Shown: positions 9,156 to 17,414 of the stretch, piece by piece
Layout: every line of letters starts with the position of its first letter
Numbering within the stretch: position 1 is the first letter of the stretch
From: a virus
Taxonomy: Duplodnaviria; Heunggongvirae; Uroviricota; Caudoviricetes
Length of the DNA stretch: 39,560 nucleotides
Virus record (IMG/VR): IMGVR_UViG_2548876940_000011
Reading direction: 5' to 3' (one strand)
Notes under the pieces: generated by a model
The model's database searches: none
The model's input: only the letters and a program-made list of their open reading frames with translations
Told to the model about the DNA's origin: nothing
Position numbers and translations under genes: made by a program

Positions 9156-9502
9156 GAAGTTATATTGATAATGAAAAGCTGGAGACAATAAGCGACTGTC
9201 TTAGCTTGCTGGCAAAAATCAAAGAAACTATTGAAGAGATTAAATTTCAGCTTGAATACGCACCATGTGGCGATGATGCATGGCGTAATGCTGCCAGAAA
9301 AGCACTGGCTGTCTTTCAGAAACAACGCCGGGCTGTTGAATACCGCCTTGCTGTATTGCGCCAGGAGGAAAAGGAAAGAAATATAAGACGTCATGAACGC
9401 GTTAATGATTTCCTTGTTCGTGAATTAAAAGAGCGGGTGCCGGAGTCGGTATTTTTTGAATGTGAGGCTATAGCCCGTAGCAAAGCACTGGAAACAGATT
9501 AA
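9152..9502 (+). CDS. Hypothetical coiled-coil protein (GTG start)
   Basis: ORF 9110..9502; in-frame GTG at 9152 follows GGGAGGTG and overlaps the upstream stop; start of AT-rich block. Confidence 0.4.
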   Translation: MRSYIDNEKLETISDCLSLLAKIKETIEEIKFQLEYAPCGDDAWRNAARKALAVFQKQRRAVEYRLAVLRQEEKERNIRRHERVNDFLVRELKERVPESVFFECEAIARSKALETD

Positions 9503-9517
9503 GCAGGCAGGTGAATA

Positions 9518-9826
9518 ATGAGTATTGAATTAAGATCGTCTTATGAATATCGCAAAATCCTTATCGCCGGAGGCATGAAACCGGAAGATGCAGAGCAATT
9601 CGTTTCTTTTATGGATAAAGAATGTGACAAGCGGGATATGCCAGAAATTATTATGGATGACATGATTCTGGATTCAGCCGTGGCGTTAAGTCCGTTATGG
9701 ATTGTGCATACTCTTGCGGAAATAGCTAAAAGAAGTGACAAGCAGGCGGCTGTCGCCGCCCTGCGATTACTGGCTGAATTAAGTTGTTCAGTCAATCCCA
9801 ATACGTTCTTTGACGAACCTGGTTAA
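9518..9826 (+). CDS. Hypothetical protein
   Basis: 102 aa; RBS-like GCAGG upstream; AT-rich; 3-prime end overlaps the convergent minus-strand gene. Confidence 0.5.
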   Translation: MSIELRSSYEYRKILIAGGMKPEDAEQFVSFMDKECDKRDMPEIIMDDMILDSAVALSPLWIVHTLAEIAKRSDKQAAVAALRLLAELSCSVNPNTFFDEPG

Positions 9827-10198
9827 CATTGATTTGGTAACTTCTTTGATTAGATCAAATGGTGCGTCTGTAAACTCCTTTTTGATTCTTTCAAGGATTG
9901 GTTTTTTTCTCAGGGCGTTAGCTAAATCATGCCCCTGCTGGGTAAGCATAATGGGCGTGTTTCTGAAACCAACGCCCAGAGAATGGAAAAAGAAACCAAT
10001 ATATTTGGGTGTTTCTGACTGCATATCACCATTAACAATTGAGCCATTATCAGCGAGAAGCATAAGATGAAAAACTTTTTTATCCTTTTCCTCTCCTTCT
10101 GCCTCAGCCATGCCCAGATCCTGTAGTGTAAGGAAAGGTGTTTCAGCATCCTGAAAAGTTGTGAGAATACTTAATACTTCATCGTAATCTATTTTCAT
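9788..10198 (-). CDS. Hypothetical protein on the opposite strand inside the early operon (moron-like)
   Basis: 136 aa; markedly AT-rich by eye relative to flanking genes; convergent 39-bp overlap with 9518..9826. Confidence 0.55.
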   Translation of the reverse strand: MKIDYDEVLSILTTFQDAETPFLTLQDLGMAEAEGEEKDKKVFHLMLLADNGSIVNGDMQSETPKYIGFFFHSLGVGFRNTPIMLTQQGHDLANALRKKPILERIKKEFTDAPFDLIKEVTKSMLTRFVKERIGID

Positions 10199-10262
10199 AT
10201 CGATACCTTTAGTTTTATCCGGGCGGCGTTGCCATGCCGCCTGTTGTTACGGAGACACGATA

Positions 10263-10775
10263 ATGAATCGCGCTTCCCTGATTACCTTAATACATGTCGC
10301 AAAACGCGATCTACAGCTTGACCATGAGACCTACACATCCGTACTACTGGCAGCCACCGGCAAACCCAGTTGCCGGGATATGTCACCGGATGAGTTATCC
10401 CGCGTGCTGGATGTTTTCAAAAAACGCGGTTTTAAAGTGCGTCAGAAGCCGGTTAACCGGGCCTTAAAACCGGGGACGGTGACCGCCAAAATTCGCGCCA
10501 TCTGGAAAGTGATGCACCGGCAGGGCTTTATCGCTGATGGCGGGGAAAACGCCATTAACCGCTGGGTGAAATCGCAGACGGCCGCGCAGAACGGCGGTGA
10601 AGGTGTGGCTAACTGGCAGTGGCTGGAGCAACACCCCGCACTGGCCTCTGATGTGCTGGAGCGTCTCAAACGCTGGCACCGCCGCAAAATGCTGGATGTG
10701 CTGGGGATGTCAGCGCGTACAGTGATAAGTTATGAGCGCGTTTGCAGGCTGTATGAAAAATCATTCCCCCGTTAA
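10263..10775 (+). CDS. Mu gp16/GemA-like early regulatory protein
   Basis: 170 aa directly upstream of Mor, as in Mu; assignment by position and general resemblance. Confidence 0.65.
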   Translation: MNRASLITLIHVAKRDLQLDHETYTSVLLAATGKPSCRDMSPDELSRVLDVFKKRGFKVRQKPVNRALKPGTVTAKIRAIWKVMHRQGFIADGGENAINRWVKSQTAAQNGGEGVANWQWLEQHPALASDVLERLKRWHRRKMLDVLGMSARTVISYERVCRLYEKSFPR

Positions 10776-10845
10776 CTCCAAATCCCGCCACAGCGCGGGA
10801 TTTTTATTTTAAACTTGCCCTGTGTAATGATGACCGGAGGCGGGT

Positions 10846-11268
10846 ATGGCTGAAACACAGATGAGCATGTTTGGTGACAGCGAACAGCTGCACGCGCTGA
10901 TTGACCGTCTGGATGATATTCCTGATGATGAGCTGAAAAAGAACTGGCCCGGCACGCTGCGGGACCTGGTTGATGTGATCAGTGCTGAACTGCACCGTCA
11001 GGGGATTGAACCTGCTCAGGCGGGAATGCTTGCCCGTAAAGTTGCGGCCGCACAGGCCGGGTACATGGGCGGGCGTGGTTATTATCTCCCGGTCGGTGAA
11101 TCCCTTTTCACCGAACTGCGCAATAATGAGATTTTTTCCCGCTGGAGCCAGGGCGAAAAAATTGAAACCCTGCGCCGCCACTACCAGATGTCAGAGACGC
11201 AGATTTACTCCGTTATCCGTAACCAGCGCCGCCTGCATCAGGAACGCACGCAGCCCCGGCTTTTCTGA
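10846..11268 (+). CDS. mor: Mor/C-family transcriptional activator of middle/late genes
   Basis: 140 aa; acidic N-terminus (MFGDSEQLHALIDRLDDIPDDEL) and C-terminal HTH (LRRHYQMSETQIYSVIRNQRR) typical of Mor/C; placed just before the lysis genes. Confidence 0.8.
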   Translation: MAETQMSMFGDSEQLHALIDRLDDIPDDELKKNWPGTLRDLVDVISAELHRQGIEPAQAGMLARKVAAAQAGYMGGRGYYLPVGESLFTELRNNEIFSRWSQGEKIETLRRHYQMSETQIYSVIRNQRRLHQERTQPRLF

Positions 11269-11339
11269 TATTCCGCAAATCCTGCCCACTTTTTCCCACG
11301 GTTACGCTGACTCAGAGAACACCATGAGACAGCGTAACA
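11269..11339 (+). promoter_or_regulatory. Probable activator-dependent promoter for the lysis/late operon
   Basis: 71-bp gap between Mor and the endolysin; no promoter elements confidently read. Confidence 0.3.
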
Positions 11340-11840
11340 ATGCCAAAACTCCCCGCACCCCTGCGTAAAAAGCTGATTGCCCTTGTTCTGGCCGGAGCCG
11401 GGACGTTCACCATTGCCACGCACTACACCGGCTACTGGGAAGGGAAAGAAAACACCACGTACATTGATCCCACCGGCACCCCCACCATCTGTTACGGCCA
11501 TACCGGCCCGGATGTGAAACCGGGGATGACAAAAACTGATGAAGAGTGTCTGGAGCTGCTGGAAAAGGACATGAAATGGGCCTTTGCGGCTATCGATCGT
11601 CATGTTCAGGTGCCGCTTACCCGTGGTCAGACGGTGGCGCTGGCCTCCTGGATTTTCTGGGCCGGTGAAACGAACTTTCGCAACTCCACGCTCCTGCGCC
11701 TTATCAATGCCGGGCAGATGCCCGCGTCCTGTAAGCAGTATATCCGCTGGATTTATTCAAAGGGGGTGAAACTCCCCGGTCTTGAGGCCCGCCGTTCGGC
11801 GGATGAATGGTTATGTCGTTACGACTTGCCGAAAGTCTGA
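11340..11840 (+). CDS. SAR endolysin, T4-lysozyme-like (GH24)
   Basis: 166 aa; Gly/Ala-rich signal-anchor LIALVLAGAGTFTIATHY; catalytic E-x8-D-x5-T spacing in WEGKENTTYIDPTGTPT. Confidence 0.85.
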   Translation: MPKLPAPLRKKLIALVLAGAGTFTIATHYTGYWEGKENTTYIDPTGTPTICYGHTGPDVKPGMTKTDEECLELLEKDMKWAFAAIDRHVQVPLTRGQTVALASWIFWAGETNFRNSTLLRLINAGQMPASCKQYIRWIYSKGVKLPGLEARRSADEWLCRYDLPKV

Positions 11841-11952
11841 ACCGTTTCTGGCGACCGCTCATGATTGCGCTGCTGTGTGCTGTTGTGGTGCTGCGGGGTG
11901 TGCTGTGGCTGCGGTGAATAATCCCTTACCAGCCCTGATTGCCGGAGGCTGT

Positions 11953-12303
11953 ATGGCGGCGCTGGGGGTGATGAGTGTGCTGGCTGCCGTGGTATGGGGA
12001 ATGCACCAGAAGACGCAGCGCCTTGAGGACAATAATCATATGCTTGTGCGTGAACGGGACGAAGCCCGTCTGGTGCTGGCAAACCAGCAACGCACCCTGC
12101 AACTCATTTCACAAATCAGTAAGGCGGCCACGAATGAAAAACAGCAGAACATGCAGCACAGCGAGGAACAGCAGAGCATTGTCCGCCGGTCGCTGGCAAC
12201 GGTGCCTGCGGCCGCTGTTCCTGTGCCTGATGATGTGGCTGACCGGGTGCGGCGGGCCGTCTGTGAAATACGTGCCGGTGAAGCCGGTGCCGATCCCCGC
12301 TGA
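11953..12303 (+). CDS. Inner-membrane spanin (Rz-like)
   Basis: ORF 11782..12303; internal ATG at 11953 after GGAGG gives TM helix MAALGVMSVLAAVVWG followed by coiled-coil; start uncertain. Confidence 0.55.
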   Translation: MAALGVMSVLAAVVWGMHQKTQRLEDNNHMLVRERDEARLVLANQQRTLQLISQISKAATNEKQQNMQHSEEQQSIVRRSLATVPAAAVPVPDDVADRVRRAVCEIRAGEAGADPR

Positions 12304-12505
12304 ATGGCTGGCTGACTGTCTGGTCCCTTCTGTGCCGCAGCCGTTCACGTTTGGCGCATCGGTCACTTACAACCTGCAACTGCTGGCGGTGATTAAGAAC
12401 TGCAACGTGGACAAGGCCAGCATCCGCCGTCTGGAGGTACGGCGACAGCATGAATTTACTGATATGGCCGGAACGTCTGCTGTTCCGGCAGGAAAGACGA
12501 AGTAA
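12230..12505 (+). CDS. Outer-membrane lipoprotein spanin (Rz1-like), overlapping the i-spanin 3-prime end in the +1 frame
   Basis: ORF 11975..12505; Met at 12230 starts MMWLTGCGG with lipobox LTGC; Pro-rich mature part. Confidence 0.6.
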   Translation: MMWLTGCGGPSVKYVPVKPVPIPAEWLADCLVPSVPQPFTFGASVTYNLQLLAVIKNCNVDKASIRRLEVRRQHEFTDMAGTSAVPAGKTK

Positions 12506-12515
12506 GGAAAAAGGT

Positions 12516-12743
12516 ATGGATGATTCAGATTGTGCTCAGGCAGTCATGGAGCGGGCAACAGAACGCGCCCTTTGTGACCGGCTGACACGTAAGTGCCGGG
12601 TGGAGGATACTCCGGGCAGGCGTGTATGCGCAGACTGCGGGGGTGACATTCCGGCCGCCCGTCTGGTTGCCGTGCCGGATGCCATCCGTTGTGTGAACTG
12701 CCAGAGCATCATGGAGGCCGGTCATGTGGATCAGCATCGTTAA
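12516..12743 (+). CDS. TraR/DksA-family C4 zinc-finger protein
   Basis: ORF 12450..12743; ATG at 12516 after AAGGAAAAAGG; CxxC...CxxC in CADCGGDIPAARL...CVNCQ. Confidence 0.7.
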   Translation: MDDSDCAQAVMERATERALCDRLTRKCRVEDTPGRRVCADCGGDIPAARLVAVPDAIRCVNCQSIMEAGHVDQHR

Positions 12744-13035
12744 AGATTATGTCGTGCCGATCCTGTCGGCAACGGCCACGGCCGGGGGGATCTTTATGGC
12801 GCTGATGCGCAAAACCTTTGTCCCCCGCGAGGCCTTTGAAAAACTCTCCGACCGGGTTGAGCGGGTGGAGAGCCGGATTTCCGGCCTGCCCACGCAGCAG
12901 GAGGTGAACAGACTCAATATCGAAATCACCACCCTGCGCGGTGAGCTTAAGGCCACCAATGCCACCCTAAAATCCGTCTCCCACCAGAACGAACTGCTGC
13001 TGGAGCAGGCTGTAAGGAAAAAACACAATGAGTGA
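12724..13035 (+). CDS. Small membrane protein with coiled-coil tail
   Basis: 103 aa; one N-terminal TM segment (VVPILSATATAGGIFMALM) then coiled-coil; follows the lysis genes. Confidence 0.55.
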   Translation: MWISIVKDYVVPILSATATAGGIFMALMRKTFVPREAFEKLSDRVERVESRISGLPTQQEVNRLNIEITTLRGELKATNATLKSVSHQNELLLEQAVRKKHNE

Positions 13036-13318
13036 TTTCATTACTGAAGATCAGCGTCTTGTCATTCTGCGGTCGCTGGCGGATTACAACGGCGAACTGG
13101 GCGAATCCGTGCTTCAGGACTGCCTGGATGATTACGGCCACCGCGTGTCCCGCGACACCGTGCATACCCATATTGCCTGGCTTGCCGAGCAGGGACTGGT
13201 GCGTAAGCGCACGCTTGTTAACGGTTATTTCATCGCTGAACTGACCGGCCGGGGTCAGGATGTGGCGGAAGGCCGCGCCACCGTTCCGGGTGTGAAGAAA
13301 CCACGCGCAAGGGGGTAA
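13028..13318 (+). CDS. Hypothetical protein, possible winged-helix fold
   Basis: 96 aa; overlaps upstream stop; directly upstream of the gp27-like gene. Confidence 0.55.
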   Translation: MSDFITEDQRLVILRSLADYNGELGESVLQDCLDDYGHRVSRDTVHTHIAWLAEQGLVRKRTLVNGYFIAELTGRGQDVAEGRATVPGVKKPRARG

Positions 13319-13320
13319 CG

Positions 13321-13902
13321 ATGGATAAGCCAACGCGTGGCCGTGTACGCAAGGTGGATTTGCTCCCCGACAGCATCCGTAAGCCGCTGCTGGAAATACT
13401 GCGTGAAAAACGCCTGACGCAGGTCCAGATCCGCGAGGAAATCAACCGCCTGATCCGTGAGGCGGGTCTGCCGGAAGAGCAGCAGCTTTCACCGGCGGCC
13501 ATCAGCCGGGAGGCCTCCCGTAATGAGCTGATTGCCCGTAACCTGCGTGATTTACGCGAGCAGACAAAAGCCATGATGGCCGAACTGGGGGACAAGCCGA
13601 CCGGTGAAACCACGGCACTGATTCTGGAAATGTCCCGCGCCCTGATGTACCGCCGTCTGCGTGCTGCCACCGAATCCCTGAACAGCGACAGCGATGTGGA
13701 TATGCGCCTTATTAAGGACATCCTCCTGTCGGCACAGCATGCGGAAAGTGCCGCCGAGCGCAGCATTAAGCGTGAAAAAGAAATCCGGGCCGCATTTGCT
13801 GAAGAGATGGCGAACGCCGTCACCGACGAGTTGCGCGGCGTGGATGGCATGAGCGAGCAGATAGAATTCCGTATCAGGCAGATGCTGCTTGGTAAGGCGT
13901 AG
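13321..13902 (+). CDS. Mu gp27-like protein (putative small terminase / DNA-recognition subunit)
   Basis: 193 aa immediately upstream of the large terminase; basic N-terminus with HTH-like segment. Confidence 0.6.
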   Translation: MDKPTRGRVRKVDLLPDSIRKPLLEILREKRLTQVQIREEINRLIREAGLPEEQQLSPAAISREASRNELIARNLRDLREQTKAMMAELGDKPTGETTALILEMSRALMYRRLRAATESLNSDSDVDMRLIKDILLSAQHAESAAERSIKREKEIRAAFAEEMANAVTDELRGVDGMSEQIEFRIRQMLLGKA

Positions 13903-13912
13903 GAGGTGAATC

Positions 13913-14161
13913 GTGGTAACAGATAACCGCTCACTGATGAGTAGTGCTCATCAGAAGGCATTCAGTCTTGCAACACAGTTACCTCCTGAAACCATAAAAG
14001 CGTGTCGTGAGTTGACTGAACTCAGCATTGCCGGGGAAATATCCCTGGAACAACTGCATTCGCTGCTGGCAGAGGCTGTCACTGATGAGTTGAGTGGCGT
14101 GGACGTGATGACTGAAGAGCTTGAGTTCCGAATCAAAAGCATTCTGACAGGTAAAGCCTGA
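13913..14161 (+). CDS. Hypothetical protein resembling the C-terminus of the preceding gp27-like protein
   Basis: 82 aa, GTG start after AGGAGGTG; C-terminus AVTDELSGVDVMTEELEFRIKSILTGKA versus AVTDELRGVDGMSEQIEFRIRQMLLGKA in 13321..13902. Confidence 0.4.
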   Translation: MVTDNRSLMSSAHQKAFSLATQLPPETIKACRELTELSIAGEISLEQLHSLLAEAVTDELSGVDVMTEELEFRIKSILTGKA

Positions 14162-15825
14162 TGAACAAAGCCAAAGAAACGTCTCCTTCACTGATACAAA
14201 TGACGCCTCCCCGCAAAATTGATCTGTCCGGTGAAAAAGCCCTGCTGGGCGTGGATGTGCCGGACAGACTTGATTTGCCCGGTGATATGCCGGTGTTTCT
14301 GGATTATCAGGCCCGCTGGTTTGAGGATGAAAGTCAGGTCTGCATTGCGGAAAAATCCCGCCGCACCGGTCTTACCTGGGCGGAAGCCGGGCGTAACGTC
14401 ATTACTGCTGCAAAACCGAAGCGTCGTGGTGGCCGCAATGTGTTTTATGTGGGATCAAAGCAGGAGATGGCGCTGGAATATATTTCTGCCTGCGCCCTGT
14501 TCTCCCGCGCCTTTAACCAGCTGGCGGATGCTGATGTGTATGAGCAGACCTTCTGGGATCGGGATAAAAAAGAAGAAATTCTGACCTACATGATCCGCTT
14601 TCCGAACAGTGGATTCAAAATTCAGGCACTGTCTTCCCGTCCGTCAAACCTGCGCGGCCTTCAGGGGGATGTGGTGATTGATGAAGCCGCGTTCCACGAG
14701 TCACTGGATGAGCTTCTCAAGGCGGCAATGGCGCTCACTATGTGGGGCGCGCGCGTGCGTATTATCTCCACGCATAACGGCGTCGATAATCTGTTTAATC
14801 AGTACATTCAGGAAGCCCGCGAGGGGCGCAAGGATTACAGCGTCCACCGCATAACCCTGGATGATGCCATTGCGGACGGGCTGTACCGTCGTATCTGTTA
14901 CGTCACCGATCAGGAATGGTCACCGGAAAGCGAGCAGAAATGGCGTGATGATCTCTACAAAAACGCCCCGACCCGTGAGGATGCCGACGAGGAATACGGC
15001 TGTATCCCGAAAAAATCCGGCGGTGCCTATATTCCTCACGCGCTTATTGAAATGGCGATGATCCGCGACATCCCGATTCTGACGTTTGAAGCCCCGGACA
15101 ACTTCATCAGCCGTGCCGCATGGCTGCGTGAATCGGAAGTTTTAACCTGGTGTGAAGAACATTTAAAACCGCTTTTAGAGAAATTAAATCCCCGTTCCCG
15201 CTTCAGCTTCGGGGAAGACTTTGCCCGCACCGGTGACCTGTCCTGCTTTGTGCTGCTGGAAATCACCGAATCCCTGGCAAAGCGCGAGGTGTTTCGCGTG
15301 GAGCTGCGCAACCTGCCGTATGCCCAGCAGGAACAGGTGATGATGTACATCCTGACCCGCGTTCCGGCGCTGGTCGGTGCGGCGTTCGACGCCACCGGTA
15401 ACGGCGGCTATCTGGCAGAGGCCGCACTGCTGGCCTTTGGCCCGGACATCATCGACTGCGTGATGTTGTCGCCGAAGTGGTACGGCGAGTGGATGCCAAA
15501 ACTGAAAGCCGAGTTTGAAGATCAGAATATCCTCGTCGCCCGCCATCAGACCACGCTTGATGATTTGCGCCATGTGAAGGTAGTGAATGGTATCCCGCAA
15601 ATCGACAAGGGGCGCACGAAGGACCAGAACGCAACGGCTGCGAACGCCCGCCGCCATGGTGATTTTGCCGTGGCGCTCTGTATGGCAAACCGGGCGTCAT
15701 ACATGGAGGGCTTCATCCTGGATGAATCAGCCTGTCAGGCGCTACCGGAGCGGTCGCGGGCAATGGAGGGCGGTTATCGTGATGACGATGAGGCATATCA
15801 TGAATTTGATCGGGGGGGCTGGTAG
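14161..15825 (+). CDS. Terminase large subunit (Mu gp28-like)
   Basis: 554 aa; start overlaps upstream stop; directly precedes the portal; call by size and synteny. Confidence 0.8.
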   Translation: MNKAKETSPSLIQMTPPRKIDLSGEKALLGVDVPDRLDLPGDMPVFLDYQARWFEDESQVCIAEKSRRTGLTWAEAGRNVITAAKPKRRGGRNVFYVGSKQEMALEYISACALFSRAFNQLADADVYEQTFWDRDKKEEILTYMIRFPNSGFKIQALSSRPSNLRGLQGDVVIDEAAFHESLDELLKAAMALTMWGARVRIISTHNGVDNLFNQYIQEAREGRKDYSVHRITLDDAIADGLYRRICYVTDQEWSPESEQKWRDDLYKNAPTREDADEEYGCIPKKSGGAYIPHALIEMAMIRDIPILTFEAPDNFISRAAWLRESEVLTWCEEHLKPLLEKLNPRSRFSFGEDFARTGDLSCFVLLEITESLAKREVFRVELRNLPYAQQEQVMMYILTRVPALVGAAFDATGNGGYLAEAALLAFGPDIIDCVMLSPKWYGEWMPKLKAEFEDQNILVARHQTTLDDLRHVKVVNGIPQIDKGRTKDQNATAANARRHGDFAVALCMANRASYMEGFILDESACQALPERSRAMEGGYRDDDEAYHEFDRGGW

Positions 15826-17414
15826 TGGGACGCATCATTGATACTGACGGAAAACCTTTCTCCTTTGACCCGGAGATGCAGAGTGCCGCGCTGGATATTC
15901 CGCAGATTGCCAGCCGTTATATTGAACATCCGGCTTCGGGTATCACCCCGAACCGGGCGGCGCAGTGCCTTCGCGGGGCTGAACGTGGCGATCTGATTGC
16001 CCAGTCCGATCTGGCCGCTGATATTGAAGAAAAGGACACCCACCTTTTTGCGGAGCTGGGCAAGCGACGTCTTGCCATTCAGGGGGTGCCATGGAGTATT
16101 GAGCCGCCACCGAACGCCAGCGCGAATGAGAAAAAGGACGCGGAAATGCTCGACGAATATCTGCATTCCGCAGACTGGTTTGATGCCATGCTGTTTGACG
16201 CCACGGATGCCATCCTGAAGGGCTATTCCTGCATGGAAATTGAGCACGGGATGCTCGGTAAAATGCACATCATCCGCGCCATCCGCTGGCGTGACAGCGG
16301 GCATTTCTGCCTTAACCCGGATGATTTGAGCGAACTGCGGCTGCGTGACGGCAGCCATTCCGGGGTGGCGTTTCAGCCCTTTGGCTGGATAGTGCATCAG
16401 TCGCGTTCACGCACCGGTTACGGTGGTGCAACCGGGCTTGTCCGGACGCTTATCTGGCCGTTCATTTTCAAAAACTATTCCGTGCGCGATCTGGCGGAAT
16501 TTCTGGAGGTGTACGGCCTGCCGATGAAGGTCGGGAAATACCCGTCCGGGGCAACACCGGAGCAGAAAAGTGCCCTGATGCGGGCGGTGATGGATATCGG
16601 GCGACGTACAGGCGGGATCATCCCGGCCGGGATGTCGCTGGAGTTTCAGGCGGCAGCGAACGGTCAGGCCGATCCGTTTGAAACCATGATTTCGTGGGGG
16701 GAGCGTTCCATCTCCAAAGCAATACTCGGCGGCACGCTGACCACGGAAGCCGGAGACAAAGGCGCGCGCTCACTGGGTGAGGTACATAACGAGGTGCGCC
16801 GGGAAATCAGGGATTCTGATTTACGACAGCTGGCTGCAACCCTGAACCGCGATCTGGTGTATCCGCTGTACGCCCTGAACACCACGCACACTATTGATAT
16901 CCGCCGTCTGCCACGTATCTGCTTCCAGACAAAAGAACCAGGTGATATCACCAAAATCACCAGTGCGGTGATGCAGCTCAGTACGGGGATGGATATTTCT
17001 GATCCCTGGATACGTGAGCAGACCGGTATTCCGCAGCCCACGCCCGGTGAAGCCATATTCCGTGTCCGTCAGAGTGGCAATGAACCGGCTCAGACCGACA
17101 GGGAAACACCACCGGAAAAACAGGAAAAAACAGAGCAGACGGCGCTGTCAGCCAGACTGCCGGAAGCGAAAAGCACGCCGCGTGATGAACTGGATGATAT
17201 GGGGGACGCGGTGCCTGCCCGCCGCTTACAGGAGGCCATCGACCCGGTACTGGAGCCGGTCATTGATGCCATCAGAACGCGGGGGCTGGCGGATGCGCTG
17301 GCAGACCTGCCTGCCCTTTATCGTGAAATGGATGATTCCCGCCTGATGACGCTGCTCAGTGATGCCATGTTTGCTGCGGAAATGAAGGGGATGCTGGATG
17401 ACACAGGGGATTGA
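15825..17414 (+). CDS. Portal protein (Mu gp29/H-like)
   Basis: 529 aa; GTG start overlapping the terminase stop; acidic C-terminus; position between terminase and F. Confidence 0.8.
   Translation: MGRIIDTDGKPFSFDPEMQSAALDIPQIASRYIEHPASGITPNRAAQCLRGAERGDLIAQSDLAADIEEKDTHLFAELGKRRLAIQGVPWSIEPPPNASANEKKDAEMLDEYLHSADWFDAMLFDATDAILKGYSCMEIEHGMLGKMHIIRAIRWRDSGHFCLNPDDLSELRLRDGSHSGVAFQPFGWIVHQSRSRTGYGGATGLVRTLIWPFIFKNYSVRDLAEFLEVYGLPMKVGKYPSGATPEQKSALMRAVMDIGRRTGGIIPAGMSLEFQAAANGQADPFETMISWGERSISKAILGGTLTTEAGDKGARSLGEVHNEVRREIRDSDLRQLAATLNRDLVYPLYALNTTHTIDIRRLPRICFQTKEPGDITKITSAVMQLSTGMDISDPWIREQTGIPQPTPGEAIFRVRQSGNEPAQTDRETPPEKQEKTEQTALSARLPEAKSTPRDELDDMGDAVPARRLQEAIDPVLEPVIDAIRTRGLADALADLPALYREMDDSRLMTLLSDAMFAAEMKGMLDDTGD

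Noticed and set aside
13230-13961. 243-aa minus-strand ORF across the gp27-like gene
   Set aside because: Antisense to a syntenic structural gene; extremely Ser/Arg-rich low-complexity translation.
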